Shown here in pieces: positions 48,931 to 59,528 of a stretch of 64,000 nucleotides of DNA. Below the pieces are notes generated by a model. It was not told the DNA's origin, did no database searches, and worked only from the letters and a program-made list of their open reading frames with translations. Where the stretch lies: positions 1 through 64,000 of the forward strand of contig JBBTCT010000008.1 in assembly GCA_038060895.1 (NCBI GenBank), written 5' to 3'. The first letter of the stretch is position 1. Each line of letters opens with the position of its first letter. This DNA is from Planctomycetota bacterium. GTDB taxonomy: Bacteria; Planctomycetota; MHYJ01; WSZJ01. A program made the translations under genes and the position numbers.

Positions 48931-49007
48931 GTAAGACACTGAGACTCGCCCCTCGGGCTGACTCAGGCAAAGCCGGTTCAGGCACGGTTATGGTGTGCCT
49001 CCCCGGC

Positions 49008-50363
49008 CTAGAAGTCGATCTGAGCCCTGAAGATGAACATGTCAACGCCGTCCTCACGCGTTCCAGCGAGCACCAGCGACTCGGTGTGCGCTTCGCTCCG
49101 GTACTGCTCGTGAACGTACGCAACCGAGACCCGCGTGTGCATATTCGGGTACCAGTTCACTCCGATGGCGTACTCGTAAACCTCCTTCGCCGACGTGTCC
49201 CTGTTGAGAACCCCGTCGTCGAAGATGTCCCGGTCGAACCAGAGCTTGCTGAACCGGGCCGCGATTTCGATCGCTCCGACGCCTCCGCCGAACAACGGCT
49301 TGTTGGGACGGATGCGATCCCAGGTCTTCATTTCGCCGGTGAGGAGGACCGAAGCGCTGACGTAGTAGCTGTGAATGTTGGTGCGATTGTGATCTCCGGC
49401 GTTCAGGTCCGTGAAACGGTCGCTCGTGCGGAGCCACTCGGCCTTGAACGACGCCGGGCCGAAGAGCCACGCCAGCTCGGCCTGCAGCCGGTAACGGTTC
49501 TCGTCGAACTTGAACGAGGCCCCTGCACTGCCACGGTTCGCGAACGTCGTCGCCGTCATCGGGTCGCTGAAGGTGTAAGGAAGGACACCCGCCGCGACGT
49601 CGCGCCGGCCGGCGCTGCCGGAGACGGCGATGTGGAGATTCTTGATGAAGTCACTCTCCATCGTCGCGAACGGCCGGAGGTAGGCGCGCGCGATGATGTC
49701 CTTGTCGCTGTTCTCATCCGGGCCGTTGCGGCCGTTTCCGTTCGCCAGCATGATCTGGTAGCCAACGATTTTCTCGAAGGGCTCACCGAAGAGCATCAGG
49801 CCGACCTCGCGCGCCGGCACCAGCCGGTTTAGAACGCTGCGCTCCGGAAGGTCGATGAAGCGGGTCGTCGTCAGCTCTTCGAGGGACATGGGCGCCTTGA
49901 ACTGGCCGATGTGAAGCTTGGCGAAGTAAAAGCGCTCGAAACCCACGATGCCGTCGTCAAGGGCGACGCTGGAGCCCGTCGTGTTCAGCTGAACCTTGAA
50001 AGCGAAGTCCTTCCAGAGCTTGCCGCTCATCTCCAGCTTGACCTGCCGGAACGCAAACGTATCGACCTTCTGGCGCTCGTTCATGTTGCTGAAAAGGCGG
50101 GCGTGCCAGATGACCCGGCCGCCGATATGGCCCGAGAAGTTCCCGTCCTTGGACTTGAACTTGAAACCTTCATTGAAAAACACGTCGATCGCTTTCGATG
50201 CTGCCTCCGCCGCGGGCGACCCGGGCGCAGGCGCCTCCCCCTCATCTTCTTCCTTAAGCTTCAACTTCTCCTCGAGCGCTTTCACCCGCTCTTCCATCGT
50301 CTCTGCACCGGCGAAGCCGGCGAGGATCGCGAAGAGCCCCAGCGTTCTGGACAGACGCTTCAT
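49008..50363 (-). CDS. Phosphate-selective porin (OprO/OprP family)
   Basis: GQFKAPMSLEEL, ERS, AIEIAARFS, GVNWYPN, C-terminal RAQIDF; AGGAGG RBS; next to the pst operon. Confidence 0.9.
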   Translation of the reverse strand: MKRLSRTLGLFAILAGFAGAETMEERVKALEEKLKLKEEDEGEAPAPGSPAAEAASKAIDVFFNEGFKFKSKDGNFSGHIGGRVIWHARLFSNMNERQKVDTFAFRQVKLEMSGKLWKDFAFKVQLNTTGSSVALDDGIVGFERFYFAKLHIGQFKAPMSLEELTTTRFIDLPERSVLNRLVPAREVGLMLFGEPFEKIVGYQIMLANGNGRNGPDENSDKDIIARAYLRPFATMESDFIKNLHIAVSGSAGRRDVAAGVLPYTFSDPMTATTFANRGSAGASFKFDENRYRLQAELAWLFGPASFKAEWLRTSDRFTDLNAGDHNRTNIHSYYVSASVLLTGEMKTWDRIRPNKPLFGGGVGAIEIAARFSKLWFDRDIFDDGVLNRDTSAKEVYEYAIGVNWYPNMHTRVSVAYVHEQYRSEAHTESLVLAGTREDGVDMFIFRAQIDF

Positions 50364-50445
50364 CTTGCCTCCTGAGAAAGGGAACCCCGTTGGTGTCATG
50401 GCGCGGAAGGGTAGGAGGAGGAAGTTCAGGGTCCACAAACGCTTC

Positions 50446-50511
50446 TTTAAGAAGCGGTAAAGAATGCAGGCCGGTGCCGCGGGTTTGTCCGGGACTTCAC
50501 GGGGGCTTTAC
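50446..50511. promoter_or_regulatory. Pho-box-like 11-bp-period repeats between the porin and STAS genes
   Basis: Minus strand ctttac-N5-cttaaa (50446-50462) facing the porin; plus strand cttcac-N5-ctttac (50495-50511) facing the STAS gene. Confidence 0.4.
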
Positions 50512-50584
50512 GCGGCTCAAACGAGTGTTTCCGATAATTCGGGGGAGAGGGGGGGGCTCCGGCGAACACTTTCGGAGGCGAGCC

Positions 50585-50974
50585 ATGATGGGACTCACGA
50601 TCCGGACGGCGATTTTCGACGGCGGGCTTGCGTGCATTTCGTTGGATGGCGATCTCGACGGCCGGACTTCCGCAGCCCTGGAGAAAGTGGTTCTCGACGT
50701 GCTCGAACTCGGTCCGGTGCGACTGGCGTTCGACCTCGAGCGGCTGGTGCTGATGACGAGCGCCGGCGCAGGAGTCTTTGTCGGAGCTCTCGTCATGGCG
50801 CAGGAGCAGGGCGGGGCGCTGGCGCTTGTCCGGCCGGCCCCCTGTGTACAGCAGGTGATCGACGTGCTGGGCCTGGGCGCAATCCTTCCGGTGGCCGACA
50901 GCCTGACGGCCGCCGCCGCAAGGATCGAGTCCCTCTGCGGGCGCTCCCGGCGAGAGGTTGCCGGTACCGCGTAA
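50585..50974 (+). CDS. STAS-domain anti-sigma-factor antagonist
   Basis: LDGDLD, FDLERLVLMTSAG with the phosphorylatable Ser position, V.QVIDVLGL; GGAGG RBS. Confidence 0.85.
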   Translation: MMGLTIRTAIFDGGLACISLDGDLDGRTSAALEKVVLDVLELGPVRLAFDLERLVLMTSAGAGVFVGALVMAQEQGGALALVRPAPCVQQVIDVLGLGAILPVADSLTAAAARIESLCGRSRREVAGTA

Positions 50975-50982
50975 ACGCGTTG

Positions 50983-51660
50983 TTACGCTCCCGCCCGCTT
51001 GGCGAGCCCGCGGGTATGTCGCACGATCTCGCCTGTGACCAGGTAGATGGTGTCCTCTGCGATGTTCGTGGCCAGGTCGGCGATCCGCTCGAGTTCGCGG
51101 CCGATTCGATAGAGCTTGAGAGCCGCATCCACATGGGTCGGTCCCTGGCACATCGTGCGGCGCGCCTCCTCCGTGATTTCGGCGTCGAGCTTGTCGATGA
51201 CGAGATCGGCCGCCAGGACGGAGCGGGCCTCCTCGACGTCCTGCCGCCGGAGCGCGCGGATCCCGCGCGAAATCGCCTCCGTCACGCGGGCCGCCATCTC
51301 GCCGGCCTGGGGCGGAAGCGCGAAGGCGCGGTCCTCGAGAAGCGACAGCGTCAGGCGGGCCACATTGTTCCCGTGGTCCGCAATCCGCTCGAGGTCGTTG
51401 TTCACCTTGAGAACCGTGGTCAGGTACCGCAGGTCGCGAGCCACCGGCGCGTAGAGCGCAATCATCTTCAGGCACTCTTCCTCGATCCGTACTTCCGCCC
51501 GGTCGACGTCCCGGTCCATCTGCGACGCGCGGCGCGCCCGCTCGGCGTCGCCCGTGACCAGCGCGTGCACGCCGTCCTCGACGCAGCGCATCACCAGGTC
51601 CTCCTGGCGCGACAGGGCATCATTCAAGGCTTCAATTGCCTGTGCGAAGTGTCTGGACAT
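50983..51660 (-). CDS. phoU: Phosphate signalling protein PhoU
   Basis: PVARDLR, DLERIADH, ELERIADLATNIAE. Confidence 0.95.
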   Translation of the reverse strand: MSRHFAQAIEALNDALSRQEDLVMRCVEDGVHALVTGDAERARRASQMDRDVDRAEVRIEEECLKMIALYAPVARDLRYLTTVLKVNNDLERIADHGNNVARLTLSLLEDRAFALPPQAGEMAARVTEAISRGIRALRRQDVEEARSVLAADLVIDKLDAEITEEARRTMCQGPTHVDAALKLYRIGRELERIADLATNIAEDTIYLVTGEIVRHTRGLAKRAGA

Positions 51661-51720
51661 CGTCGTGCGTCTCCTCTCAGGAAAGGCGTTGGGTCCTTCG
51701 ATTGCGATTGGCCACAAACC

Positions 51721-51810
51721 TGGAGTTGGCAGTGGGTTGGAGGTCGTGGGTAGGAACAACCGCTTCCGGGTCTCGTTCCTGCCCCCTACCTCCTACCCCC
51801 TACCCACTGA
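51721..51810. repeat. Inverted heptamer-array element inside the pst operon
   Basis: cagtgggt..ggtaggaac versus gttcct..(cctacc)n..cccactg. Confidence 0.7.
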
Positions 51811-52581
51811 CTACCCGAACTTGCCCGAGACGTAGTCCTCCGTCTCGCGGCGCTTCGGCCGCTGGAAGATCTCCTCCGTCGGCCCCTCCTCGACGATGTC
51901 GCCCAGGAGGAAGAACGCGGTTCGGTCGCTGCAGCGCGCGGCCTGCTGCATGTTGTGCGTGACGATGACGATCGTGTACTGCTGGCGAAGCTCGCGGATC
52001 GTCTCTTCGATCTTGGCCGTCGAGATCGGGTCGAGGGCGCTGGCGGGCTCGTCCATCAGGATGATTTCAGGGTCGTTGGCGAGCGTGCGGGCGATGCAGA
52101 GGCGCTGCTGCTGTCCGCCGGACATGTCGATGGCGGATCGGTCGAGCCGGTCTTTCGCTTCGGTCCACATGTCCGCCTGCCGGAGCGCGCGCTCCAGGAT
52201 GCGCTCGAGGGCGTCCTTGTCGCGAAGTCCCGCCATGCGAGGCCCGAAGGTGACGTTTTCGCGGATCGACATGGGAAACGGGTTCGACTTCTGGAAGACC
52301 ATACCGACTTTTTTCCGCAAGGCCTCGATAGAGACGCGCGGGTCCGAGATGTCTTCGCCGTCGATGAGGATGCGGCCCTGCATGCGGAAGCTCTGGATGA
52401 CGTCGTTCATGCGGTTCAGGCAGCGCAGGAGAGTGGACTTGCCGCATCCGGAAGGGCCGATGAACGCGGTGACCTGGCGCGCGGGAATGGCGAGACTGAT
52501 GTCTTTGAGGGCGTGCTGATCCCCGTACCAGGCATCGAGGTTGTGGATTGCAATCGCGGTGGTTTCCGTAGCCATGATCAC
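51811..52581 (-). CDS. pstB: Phosphate ABC transporter ATP-binding protein
   Basis: [39 protein letters not shown]. Confidence 0.97.
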   Translation of the reverse strand: MIMATETTAIAIHNLDAWYGDQHALKDISLAIPARQVTAFIGPSGCGKSTLLRCLNRMNDVIQSFRMQGRILIDGEDISDPRVSIEALRKKVGMVFQKSNPFPMSIRENVTFGPRMAGLRDKDALERILERALRQADMWTEAKDRLDRSAIDMSGGQQQRLCIARTLANDPEIILMDEPASALDPISTAKIEETIRELRQQYTIVIVTHNMQQAARCSDRTAFFLLGDIVEEGPTEEIFQRPKRRETEDYVSGKFG

Positions 52582-54182
52582 AGCGCGGAACCCTGGAAAC
52601 GCTTTCGGAGCCGGTTTCGGACGATGATGGCGACGAGATTGAGGCCGAGGACGAGGAAGAGGAGGACCATGGTGCTGGCGTAGGTCATGGGCTTGGCGGC
52701 CTCGACGTTGGGGGACTGCATGGAGACGTCGTAGATGTGGAACCCGAGGTGCGTGAACTTGCGGTCGAGGTGGAAGAACGGGAACGCGGAGTCGACGAGG
52801 GGCTGTGGGGCCAGCTTGACGGCGGCTCCGAGGACCATGAGCGGGGCGACCTCGCCCGCGCCGCGGCCGACGGCGAGGATCATGCCGGTGAGGATGCCGG
52901 GAAGCGCCTGGGGGAGGACGACGTTGCGAATGGTCTGCCAGCGCGTGGCGCCGAGGGCGAGGGCCCCGTCGCGATAGGCCTGCGGGACCGAGCGGAAGCC
53001 CTCGGTCGCGGCAACGATGACGACCGGGACTGTAAGCAGCGCCAGAGTAAGGGAGCCCCAGAGGATGCCGCCCGTTCCGAATGTCGGGTGACCCGTGCCC
53101 GGGAAAAACGACCGGTCAACGCCCGCGCCGATCGTGTAGACGAATAGTCCCAGGCCGAAGATGCCGAAGACGATCGAAGGCACGCCCGCGAGGTTGGCCA
53201 TGGCGAGACGCACCGCGCGAAGAAGCCAGCCCTCGCGGGCGTACTCGTTCAGGTACATCGCGGCCACGACTCCCAGGGGGACCGCGGCGATCGTCATGAC
53301 GATGACCAGAAAAAGCGTCCCCATGATGACGGGAAAGATGCCGCCCTCCGAGTTGGATTCGCGCGGATCCGTCGTCAGAAACGCCCACGCGCCCGAAAGG
53401 TAGTGTCCGATCTTCGAGAAGAACCCCATGCGGTTCGGTTGCCAGGCCCGCACGATGGAAATCGCGGAAATCGTCGCGGTCGATCCGTCCGCCTGGCGCC
53501 AGTCGATGGTGATGGCTTTACCGGCTTCTTCGAGAGACTTCCGCTTTTTTTCCAGAGAAGAAAGCAGCGCTGAGTCGCGAGCGCTGTTCATCTGGTCGCG
53601 CACCCCCTCGAGTTCCGCGAGCAGCGAAGAGCCGCGGGAGAGCGCTTCGTCGAGCGAAGCGGCGCCGTGAACTCCCGCGAAGTACCCGTAGAGCCGACCG
53701 TACTCCACGCGGTCCAGCGTCCACGCGTCCCCTGGTGTCGATTCCGATGCGACTTCAGGGTCGTCGATCCAGACGAAATCGTTCACGCCTGCGGTTTCGC
53801 GACGGCCGGAGTAAATCAGCCGGCGCTTCACCCCCGACGACTTCCCGGGCTCACGTCGCTCGCTGCGATCGCGGACTTCGCCGAGAATGACCGAGCCGTC
53901 CTTGCGACGGACCTCGACGGCGCTGGACGGCCAGAACTGGGCGAACCCCTCGACGAGCGTGATTCCGAGGATGAAAACGAGCATCACCGCCACGACGACC
54001 AGGCCTGCAGCCGTGGACCAGATCCAGCCCCGGCCCTGCGAGCGCCCGTCATGCCGGTAGACCGACTCCGGCGAGGGAGACGATTCCGCGGGTGCAGGCG
54101 GCGGATTCATCGGAGGCTCTTCGGGAGCGCGCTCCTTTGCAGGCGGCCGGATCGCTTCTTCGAGCACGCTAGATCCGCCCAT
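52578..54182 (-). CDS. pstA: Phosphate ABC transporter permease PstA (long form)
   Basis: [39 protein letters not shown]. Confidence 0.95.
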   Translation of the reverse strand: MGGSSVLEEAIRPPAKERAPEEPPMNPPPAPAESSPSPESVYRHDGRSQGRGWIWSTAAGLVVVAVMLVFILGITLVEGFAQFWPSSAVEVRRKDGSVILGEVRDRSERREPGKSSGVKRRLIYSGRRETAGVNDFVWIDDPEVASESTPGDAWTLDRVEYGRLYGYFAGVHGAASLDEALSRGSSLLAELEGVRDQMNSARDSALLSSLEKKRKSLEEAGKAITIDWRQADGSTATISAISIVRAWQPNRMGFFSKIGHYLSGAWAFLTTDPRESNSEGGIFPVIMGTLFLVIVMTIAAVPLGVVAAMYLNEYAREGWLLRAVRLAMANLAGVPSIVFGIFGLGLFVYTIGAGVDRSFFPGTGHPTFGTGGILWGSLTLALLTVPVVIVAATEGFRSVPQAYRDGALALGATRWQTIRNVVLPQALPGILTGMILAVGRGAGEVAPLMVLGAAVKLAPQPLVDSAFPFFHLDRKFTHLGFHIYDVSMQSPNVEAAKPMTYASTMVLLFLVLGLNLVAIIVRNRLRKRFQGSAL

Positions 54183-56424
54183 ATTTTCTCCTGAGCCGGT
54201 TCCCGACGATTTCGGCGACGGTGTTGAGGGAAGCGGTGAATGCGAAGAGGAGGAGGCCGGTGAGGAAGAGGACGCGGTAGAGGGAGCCGTTGACGGGGGC
54301 CTCCGGGATTTCGATGGCCATGGCGGCGGAGAGGGTGCGCATGCCGTTCCAGGGGGCGGGGTCGAGGATGGGGGTATTGCCGGCGGCCATGACGACGATC
54401 ATGGTTTCTCCCGCGGCGCGTCCCAGGCCGAGGATGATGGCGGCGAAGAGGCCGGAGGCGGCGGCGGGGAGGATGACGTGGCGGACGGTCTGCCACCGGG
54501 TGGCGCCGAGGGCCAGGGCGGCGCTGGTCATGGTGGCGGGAACGTTGGAGATGGCATCTTCGGCGATCGTGAATATGACGGGGATGACGGCGAAACCGAG
54601 AGCGATGCCGACGAGGAAGCCGTTACGGATGTCGTAGTGGACGTTGAGGGTGTCGAAGAGCCACTGGCGGAGGTCGCCGCCGAAGAAGGCGCGCTCGACG
54701 GGGGAGCCGAGTGTGGCGGCCAGCAAAGCGGTCAGGAGGAGGACGGCGACGACGCCGGCCAGCTCGATGCCGACCACGGGGTGGCGGTCCGGGCGGCGCG
54801 GAATGCGGCCGGTGACGAAGACGCCGCCCGCGAAGACGAGAGGGAGGAGAAGGCCGCCGACAAGGATGACGCAGAGGGCGCGTTCCACGACGGGCGCGAG
54901 CCAGAGGGCGGCGATCATGCCGACGACGACGCTGGGAATGCCGGCCATGAGCTCGATCGAGGGCTTTACCCAGGCGCGCAGTCCCGGCGGACCAAAGCGC
55001 GCGACGTAGATGGCCGCGGCCAGGGCGATCGGGACCGAGAAAATGAGCGCGTAGAGGGTGCCCTTGAGAGTCCCGGCGAAGAGGGGCCACAGCGAGTACT
55101 TGGGTTCTGAGTCCTGCGTGCCGGAACTGGACTGCCACACGAATTCCTTCCCGGCATAGCTCTCGTACCAGACGGGGGACAGCAGGGCGCTTGCGGAGAC
55201 GTCGGGGTGGGGATTGCGAAGCACCCACGAGCGGAGGCCGTCGGTCCACCCGGCAATCTCTTCTCCGGTTTCCCCGAACGCGACGCGCGCCACCGGCTGG
55301 GCGGCGTCCGGGGGTATCGTGAGACAGAGCTGCTCCGTCGTCGCGTAGAAGACGGCGATGCCGCCCGCAGCGTCGCCGATGGCGAAGCACTTGTTGCGGG
55401 AACTCACCGCGATCGTTCGCGCCGCGGCGGCAAGGCGCTTGAACGTGCGCGCCGGGACCATCTTGTTGCCACCGGGGCCGATCTTCACCGCGCCGTTCTT
55501 GGCGATGTTCTTGCCGTGGTCCCGGTCGATCACCACGACGCTTCCGCCCGCCGGGACCGCGTCGCCCAGCACCACGACCTCGGCGGGGCCCGAATTCGTC
55601 AGGGTGACATGCCGGGCCCTCATCCAGCCGGAGACGTCGCCGCGTTCGTCGGCGGCGATGAGCGTTTCATCGCCGATGAGGTACGCGAGGACCGTCCGCG
55701 GGGCGGGACCCGCGGGGAGCGTCTGCACCTTCCGGGGCTCGGAGACGTCGTCGACGTCCCAGATATCGACTTCGCCCGACTGCCGAGCGACCGCCAGGAT
55801 TTTCCCCGTACTTGAAATCGCGACGGCGCGGGCGTCCGTGGTTTCCAGGGGTGTTTCGGCCGTACCGGCCAGCCCCGCGGGCCCGCACACGGTGACGCCA
55901 CCGTCGCGGAGGATCGCGATCCGCGCATGCCCTTCATCGTCTCGCGTCGCGGAAATCTCGCAGGGCGCCGGTGCGGAAAGGGTCTGCTCGTCGAGAAGCG
56001 AGACGCCGATGTTGCCGTCCCGCTTCTTCTCAACGCGGACGAGCGCCAGGCGCCCGTCGGCGTACAGGATAGCGGTGGCCCGCGAAGTGCCCGCCTGGGC
56101 CGCGGCCACCGGCTTGCCCTTCTCGTATCCAGGGACGACGAGCGGCGCCGGACGACCGTCTTCTCCCGCCTTCCAGGTGCCCTCCCGGGTGACCCACCAG
56201 GGCTTTCCGACGCCCTCGATGTAGTCCAACGCCAGGCATCCACCCTGGTCGGCGATGTTCAAAGCCGGCTTTGCTGCCGCCGGCAGGAAAAGTGGAATTG
56301 AAACCGAGATGAGGAAGACGAGGATTCCAAGCACGCACGCCACGATCAGCATTCCCCCTCCGGGGATTACCTTCGCGGCAATCCGGTCAATGAAGACCGC
56401 CTTCAGATTGGGCTGGTGGGCCAT
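54169..56424 (-). CDS. pstC: Phosphate ABC transporter permease PstC with a periplasmic beta-propeller insert
   Basis: VWYESY...VWQSSS, KPSIELMAGIPSVV, GRAAGETMIV, EIPEAP. Confidence 0.93.
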   Translation of the reverse strand: MAHQPNLKAVFIDRIAAKVIPGGGMLIVACVLGILVFLISVSIPLFLPAAAKPALNIADQGGCLALDYIEGVGKPWWVTREGTWKAGEDGRPAPLVVPGYEKGKPVAAAQAGTSRATAILYADGRLALVRVEKKRDGNIGVSLLDEQTLSAPAPCEISATRDDEGHARIAILRDGGVTVCGPAGLAGTAETPLETTDARAVAISSTGKILAVARQSGEVDIWDVDDVSEPRKVQTLPAGPAPRTVLAYLIGDETLIAADERGDVSGWMRARHVTLTNSGPAEVVVLGDAVPAGGSVVVIDRDHGKNIAKNGAVKIGPGGNKMVPARTFKRLAAAARTIAVSSRNKCFAIGDAAGGIAVFYATTEQLCLTIPPDAAQPVARVAFGETGEEIAGWTDGLRSWVLRNPHPDVSASALLSPVWYESYAGKEFVWQSSSGTQDSEPKYSLWPLFAGTLKGTLYALIFSVPIALAAAIYVARFGPPGLRAWVKPSIELMAGIPSVVVGMIAALWLAPVVERALCVILVGGLLLPLVFAGGVFVTGRIPRRPDRHPVVGIELAGVVAVLLLTALLAATLGSPVERAFFGGDLRQWLFDTLNVHYDIRNGFLVGIALGFAVIPVIFTIAEDAISNVPATMTSAALALGATRWQTVRHVILPAAASGLFAAIILGLGRAAGETMIVVMAAGNTPILDPAPWNGMRTLSAAMAIEIPEAPVNGSLYRVLFLTGLLLFAFTASLNTVAEIVGNRLRRKYGRI

Positions 56425-56430
56425 GGGCGC

Positions 56431-56466
56431 AAAAGGCGCGGGGGCCGGGACAGTGTCCCGGCCCCC
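56431..56466 (-). terminator. Hairpin between pstS and pstC (stabiliser or partial terminator)
   Basis: gggggccgggaca-g-tgtcccggccccc, followed by gcgcctttt on the minus strand. Confidence 0.6.
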
Positions 56467-56474
56467 TGGATCGC

Positions 56475-57461
56475 CTACTTTGCGTTCAGCTTCTCCAGCT
56501 CCTTGGTCACCATCCCCGGAGTCATCGGCATGTACCCGTCCTTGATCACGATCTCCTGCCCTTCCTTCGACAGCAGGAACCTCACGAACTCGCCCACGAC
56601 CGGGTCAGCACCCTTCCCGGAAGCGACATCGACGTAAACCATGAGGAAGCGTGCCAGCGGGTACTTTCCCGACAGCGCGTTCTCGTAGGTCGGCTTGAAG
56701 ATCTTCGCCTGGAATGTCTTCGCGAGCGGAATCGCGCGGACGCCCGGCGTGAGGTAGCCGATCCCGCCGTAGCCGATCCCGTAGAGGTCCTCGGCAACTC
56801 CCTGCACCACGGCCGCCGTACCGGGCTGCTCCTTCACGGTGTTCTTGAAGTCGCCCTTGTAGAGGGCGTGCTCCTTGAAGAATCCGTACGTGCCGCTCGC
56901 GCTGTTACGGCCGTAGATGCTGATCGGCTTGTTTTCCCACTCTCCCGCCAGGCCCAGGTCGCCCCACTTTGAGATGTCGATGTGGTGGCCGCCCTTACGC
57001 GTCTTCGAGAAGATCGCGTCGATGAGCTCGAAGGTCAGATTCTGAAGCGGGTTGTCCTTGTGGACGAAGACCGCAAGGGCGTCGATCGCCACGTTCACGC
57101 CGGTCGGCTTGTAGCCCCACTTGCTTGCGACCGTGTCCATCTCCTCGGGCTTCATCGCACGGCTCATCGGGCCGACGTTCGCGGTCCGGCTGGCCAGGGC
57201 CGGGGGGGCGGTCGCCGAACCCTTGGCTTCAACCGTTACGTTCACCTCCGGGTAAACCTTCTTGAACCCCTCGCCCCAGAGCGTGTCCAGGTTCGCGCAG
57301 GAGTCCGACCCGATGATGTTGATGTTCCCCTTGATCCCATCGACCTTCGCGTACTCCTTGATCCCCGGATCCACCGTCAGCGCGGTGTCGGCCACGACCG
57401 CCACCGTGAGGGCCGCCGAGCCGATCAGGGACGCCAGCCAGAAACGACCGTTGAAGTTCAT
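56475..57461 (-). CDS. pstS: Phosphate ABC transporter substrate-binding protein
   Basis: GSDS, EAKGSATAPPAL, MSR, YGRNSASGT, YPLAR. Confidence 0.95.
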   Translation of the reverse strand: MNFNGRFWLASLIGSAALTVAVVADTALTVDPGIKEYAKVDGIKGNINIIGSDSCANLDTLWGEGFKKVYPEVNVTVEAKGSATAPPALASRTANVGPMSRAMKPEEMDTVASKWGYKPTGVNVAIDALAVFVHKDNPLQNLTFELIDAIFSKTRKGGHHIDISKWGDLGLAGEWENKPISIYGRNSASGTYGFFKEHALYKGDFKNTVKEQPGTAAVVQGVAEDLYGIGYGGIGYLTPGVRAIPLAKTFQAKIFKPTYENALSGKYPLARFLMVYVDVASGKGADPVVGEFVRFLLSKEGQEIVIKDGYMPMTPGMVTKELEKLNAK

Positions 57462-57508
57462 TCAAGGCTCCTTTCCTCGTGTTTGTGCGGGGAAAGGTAG
57501 ATCGGCGC

Positions 57509-57548
57509 GTTAAAGGAAGGATGAGCCGCCTGTTAAGGTCCGGCTAAT
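57509..57548 (-). promoter_or_regulatory. Pho-box-like repeats upstream of pstS
   Basis: Minus-strand attagc/cttaac/ctcatc/tttaac at 11-12 bp spacing. Confidence 0.5.
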
Positions 57549-57626
57549 TCGAGTTGCCGGGAGCCTGCCGGGAGAAGCGTGTTCCGCAAGCTGTTCCCCG
57601 CGCCGCCCCGAGCCTAGACTTCCCGC

Positions 57627-59528
57627 ATGTCTTCTTCCTGGCAGGACCATCTCCGTGCACGGACGGTTTCCGCCGCGCAGGCTGTCGCCTGCGTGAAGCG
57701 CGGCTCGCGCGTTTTCGTGGGATCGGGGTGTGCGGAGCCGGTTCCGCTGGTTGAGGCGCTGGCGGCGCGGCCCGACGTCGAGGACGTCGAAGTGCTGCAC
57801 ATCATGACGGTGGGCCATGCTCCCTACGCAAAAGCGGGGCAGACGAGGCGCTTCCGCGCGAACGCCTTCTTCATCGGCTCGAACGTCCGCGACGCGGTCG
57901 CCCAGGGGACGGCGGACTTCACGCCCATTTTCCTGTCGGAGATTCCGGGGCTGTTCCGGTCGCGGCGAATCCCGCTGGACGTCGCGCTGGTCTGCACGAC
58001 GCCGCCCGACCGGCACGGGTTCGTTTCGCTGGGAGTGTCGGTGGACGTGGTGAAGTCTGCGGTGGAGAGTGCGGACGTCGTCGTCGCCGAGCTGAACCCG
58101 ACGATGCCGAGGACGCACGGCGCGAGTTTCGTGCACGTTGAGGACATCGATTTCTTCGTCCAGGGCACGGCGCCCATCCTGGAGCGGCCGATGGAAGCGC
58201 CCGACAAGGTGTCGCTCGCGATCGGGGCGTTCTGCGCGAGCCTGATCGACCATGGTGCGACGATCCAGATGGGAATCGGCGGCATCCCGAACGCGGTCCT
58301 TGAGAATCTCGGCAACAAGATCGACCTCGGCGTACACACGGAGATGCTCGCAGACGGCGCAATCCCGCTGATCGAGGCCGGCGTCATCAACGGCCGCCGA
58401 AAAACTCTTCATCCACGCAAGGCCGTGACGTCCTTCTGCATGGGCTCGCGCCGCCTCTACGACTTCGTTGACGACAATCCCTTCTTCGAGTTCCTGCCGA
58501 ACGAATTCGTCAACGACCCTTTCGTCATCGCGAAGAACGACCGCATGGTCTCGATCAACTCCGCGCTCCAGATCGACCTCACCGGCCAGGTCTGCGCGGA
58601 CTCCATCGGGACCCGCTTCTACTCCGGCATCGGCGGCCAGGTGGATTTCATCCGCGGCGCCGCCCGGTCGGCCGGAGGGCGCAGCATCATCGCCATCGAG
58701 TCCACGGCGAAGCAGGGGACTCTGTCGCGGATCGTCCCCGTGCTGGCGGAGGGAGCGGGCGTCGTCACGACGCGCGGCGACGTCCATACCGTCGTGACGG
58801 AGTACGGCATTGCGGAATTGAAGGGACGCACGGTGCGCGAACGTGCGCTGTCCCTGATCAGTGTTTCGCATCCGGACTTCCGCGGGGAACTGCTCGCGGC
58901 GGCAAAGAAGCGCCACATCGTTGCGGTCGACCAGGTGCCGTGGCCTGAGAAGGGCCGGCCGTACCCGGTCGAGCTGGAAGCACGGGAATCGTTTGGCGGC
59001 GCGGAGGTGTTCTTCAGGCCTCTCCGCCCCGACGACGAGCGGCTCCTGCGCGCGTTCTTCTACTCGCACTCGCCCGAGACGGTGTACCAGCGCTACGGCG
59101 CTTCGCTCAAGTCGCTCACCCCTCAGCAGATCCAGGACCAGTGCGCACTCGATTATGACTCCGAGATGGCGATCGCCGGCTTCGTCCGTGACGGCGAGGG
59201 TGAGCGCCTCATCGCCCTCGGCCGCTACGAACTCGAAAGGTCTTCCGGATTCGCCGACCTCAACTTCGCCGTCTCCGAGGACTTCCAGGGCCGCGGCGTC
59301 GGCACCTGGCTCTTCAAGCGCCTTGCGCGCGTCGCCCGCGAACGCGGCATCGGCGGCTTCACGGGAGTCGTGCTCGCCGGAAACGCGCGGATGATGGGGA
59401 TCTTCCACAAGAGCGGCGAACCAGTGGAGTCGAGGCTCGAGGACGGAAGGTACCGCGTAGTCGTCCGGTTCGGGGGTCACCCAACAGGAGATCGCGTTCA
59501 TGCAACCATCGTTTCGGGGAGCCCGTGA
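57627..59528 (+). CDS. Acetyl-CoA hydrolase/CoA-transferase fused to a C-terminal GNAT domain
   Basis: QMGIGGIP, GVHTEM, SGIGGQVDF, VVTEYGIA; C-terminal FQGRGVG...N..M..IF. Confidence 0.92.
   Translation: MSSSWQDHLRARTVSAAQAVACVKRGSRVFVGSGCAEPVPLVEALAARPDVEDVEVLHIMTVGHAPYAKAGQTRRFRANAFFIGSNVRDAVAQGTADFTPIFLSEIPGLFRSRRIPLDVALVCTTPPDRHGFVSLGVSVDVVKSAVESADVVVAELNPTMPRTHGASFVHVEDIDFFVQGTAPILERPMEAPDKVSLAIGAFCASLIDHGATIQMGIGGIPNAVLENLGNKIDLGVHTEMLADGAIPLIEAGVINGRRKTLHPRKAVTSFCMGSRRLYDFVDDNPFFEFLPNEFVNDPFVIAKNDRMVSINSALQIDLTGQVCADSIGTRFYSGIGGQVDFIRGAARSAGGRSIIAIESTAKQGTLSRIVPVLAEGAGVVTTRGDVHTVVTEYGIAELKGRTVRERALSLISVSHPDFRGELLAAAKKRHIVAVDQVPWPEKGRPYPVELEARESFGGAEVFFRPLRPDDERLLRAFFYSHSPETVYQRYGASLKSLTPQQIQDQCALDYDSEMAIAGFVRDGEGERLIALGRYELERSSGFADLNFAVSEDFQGRGVGTWLFKRLARVARERGIGGFTGVVLAGNARMMGIFHKSGEPVESRLEDGRYRVVVRFGGHPTGDRVHATIVSGSP

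Noticed and set aside
48980-49000. GGCAC motifs as a sigma-54 promoter for the sRNA candidate
   Set aside because: No GC at the required GG-N10-GC spacing on either strand; it is a small aggcac/gtgcct palindrome.
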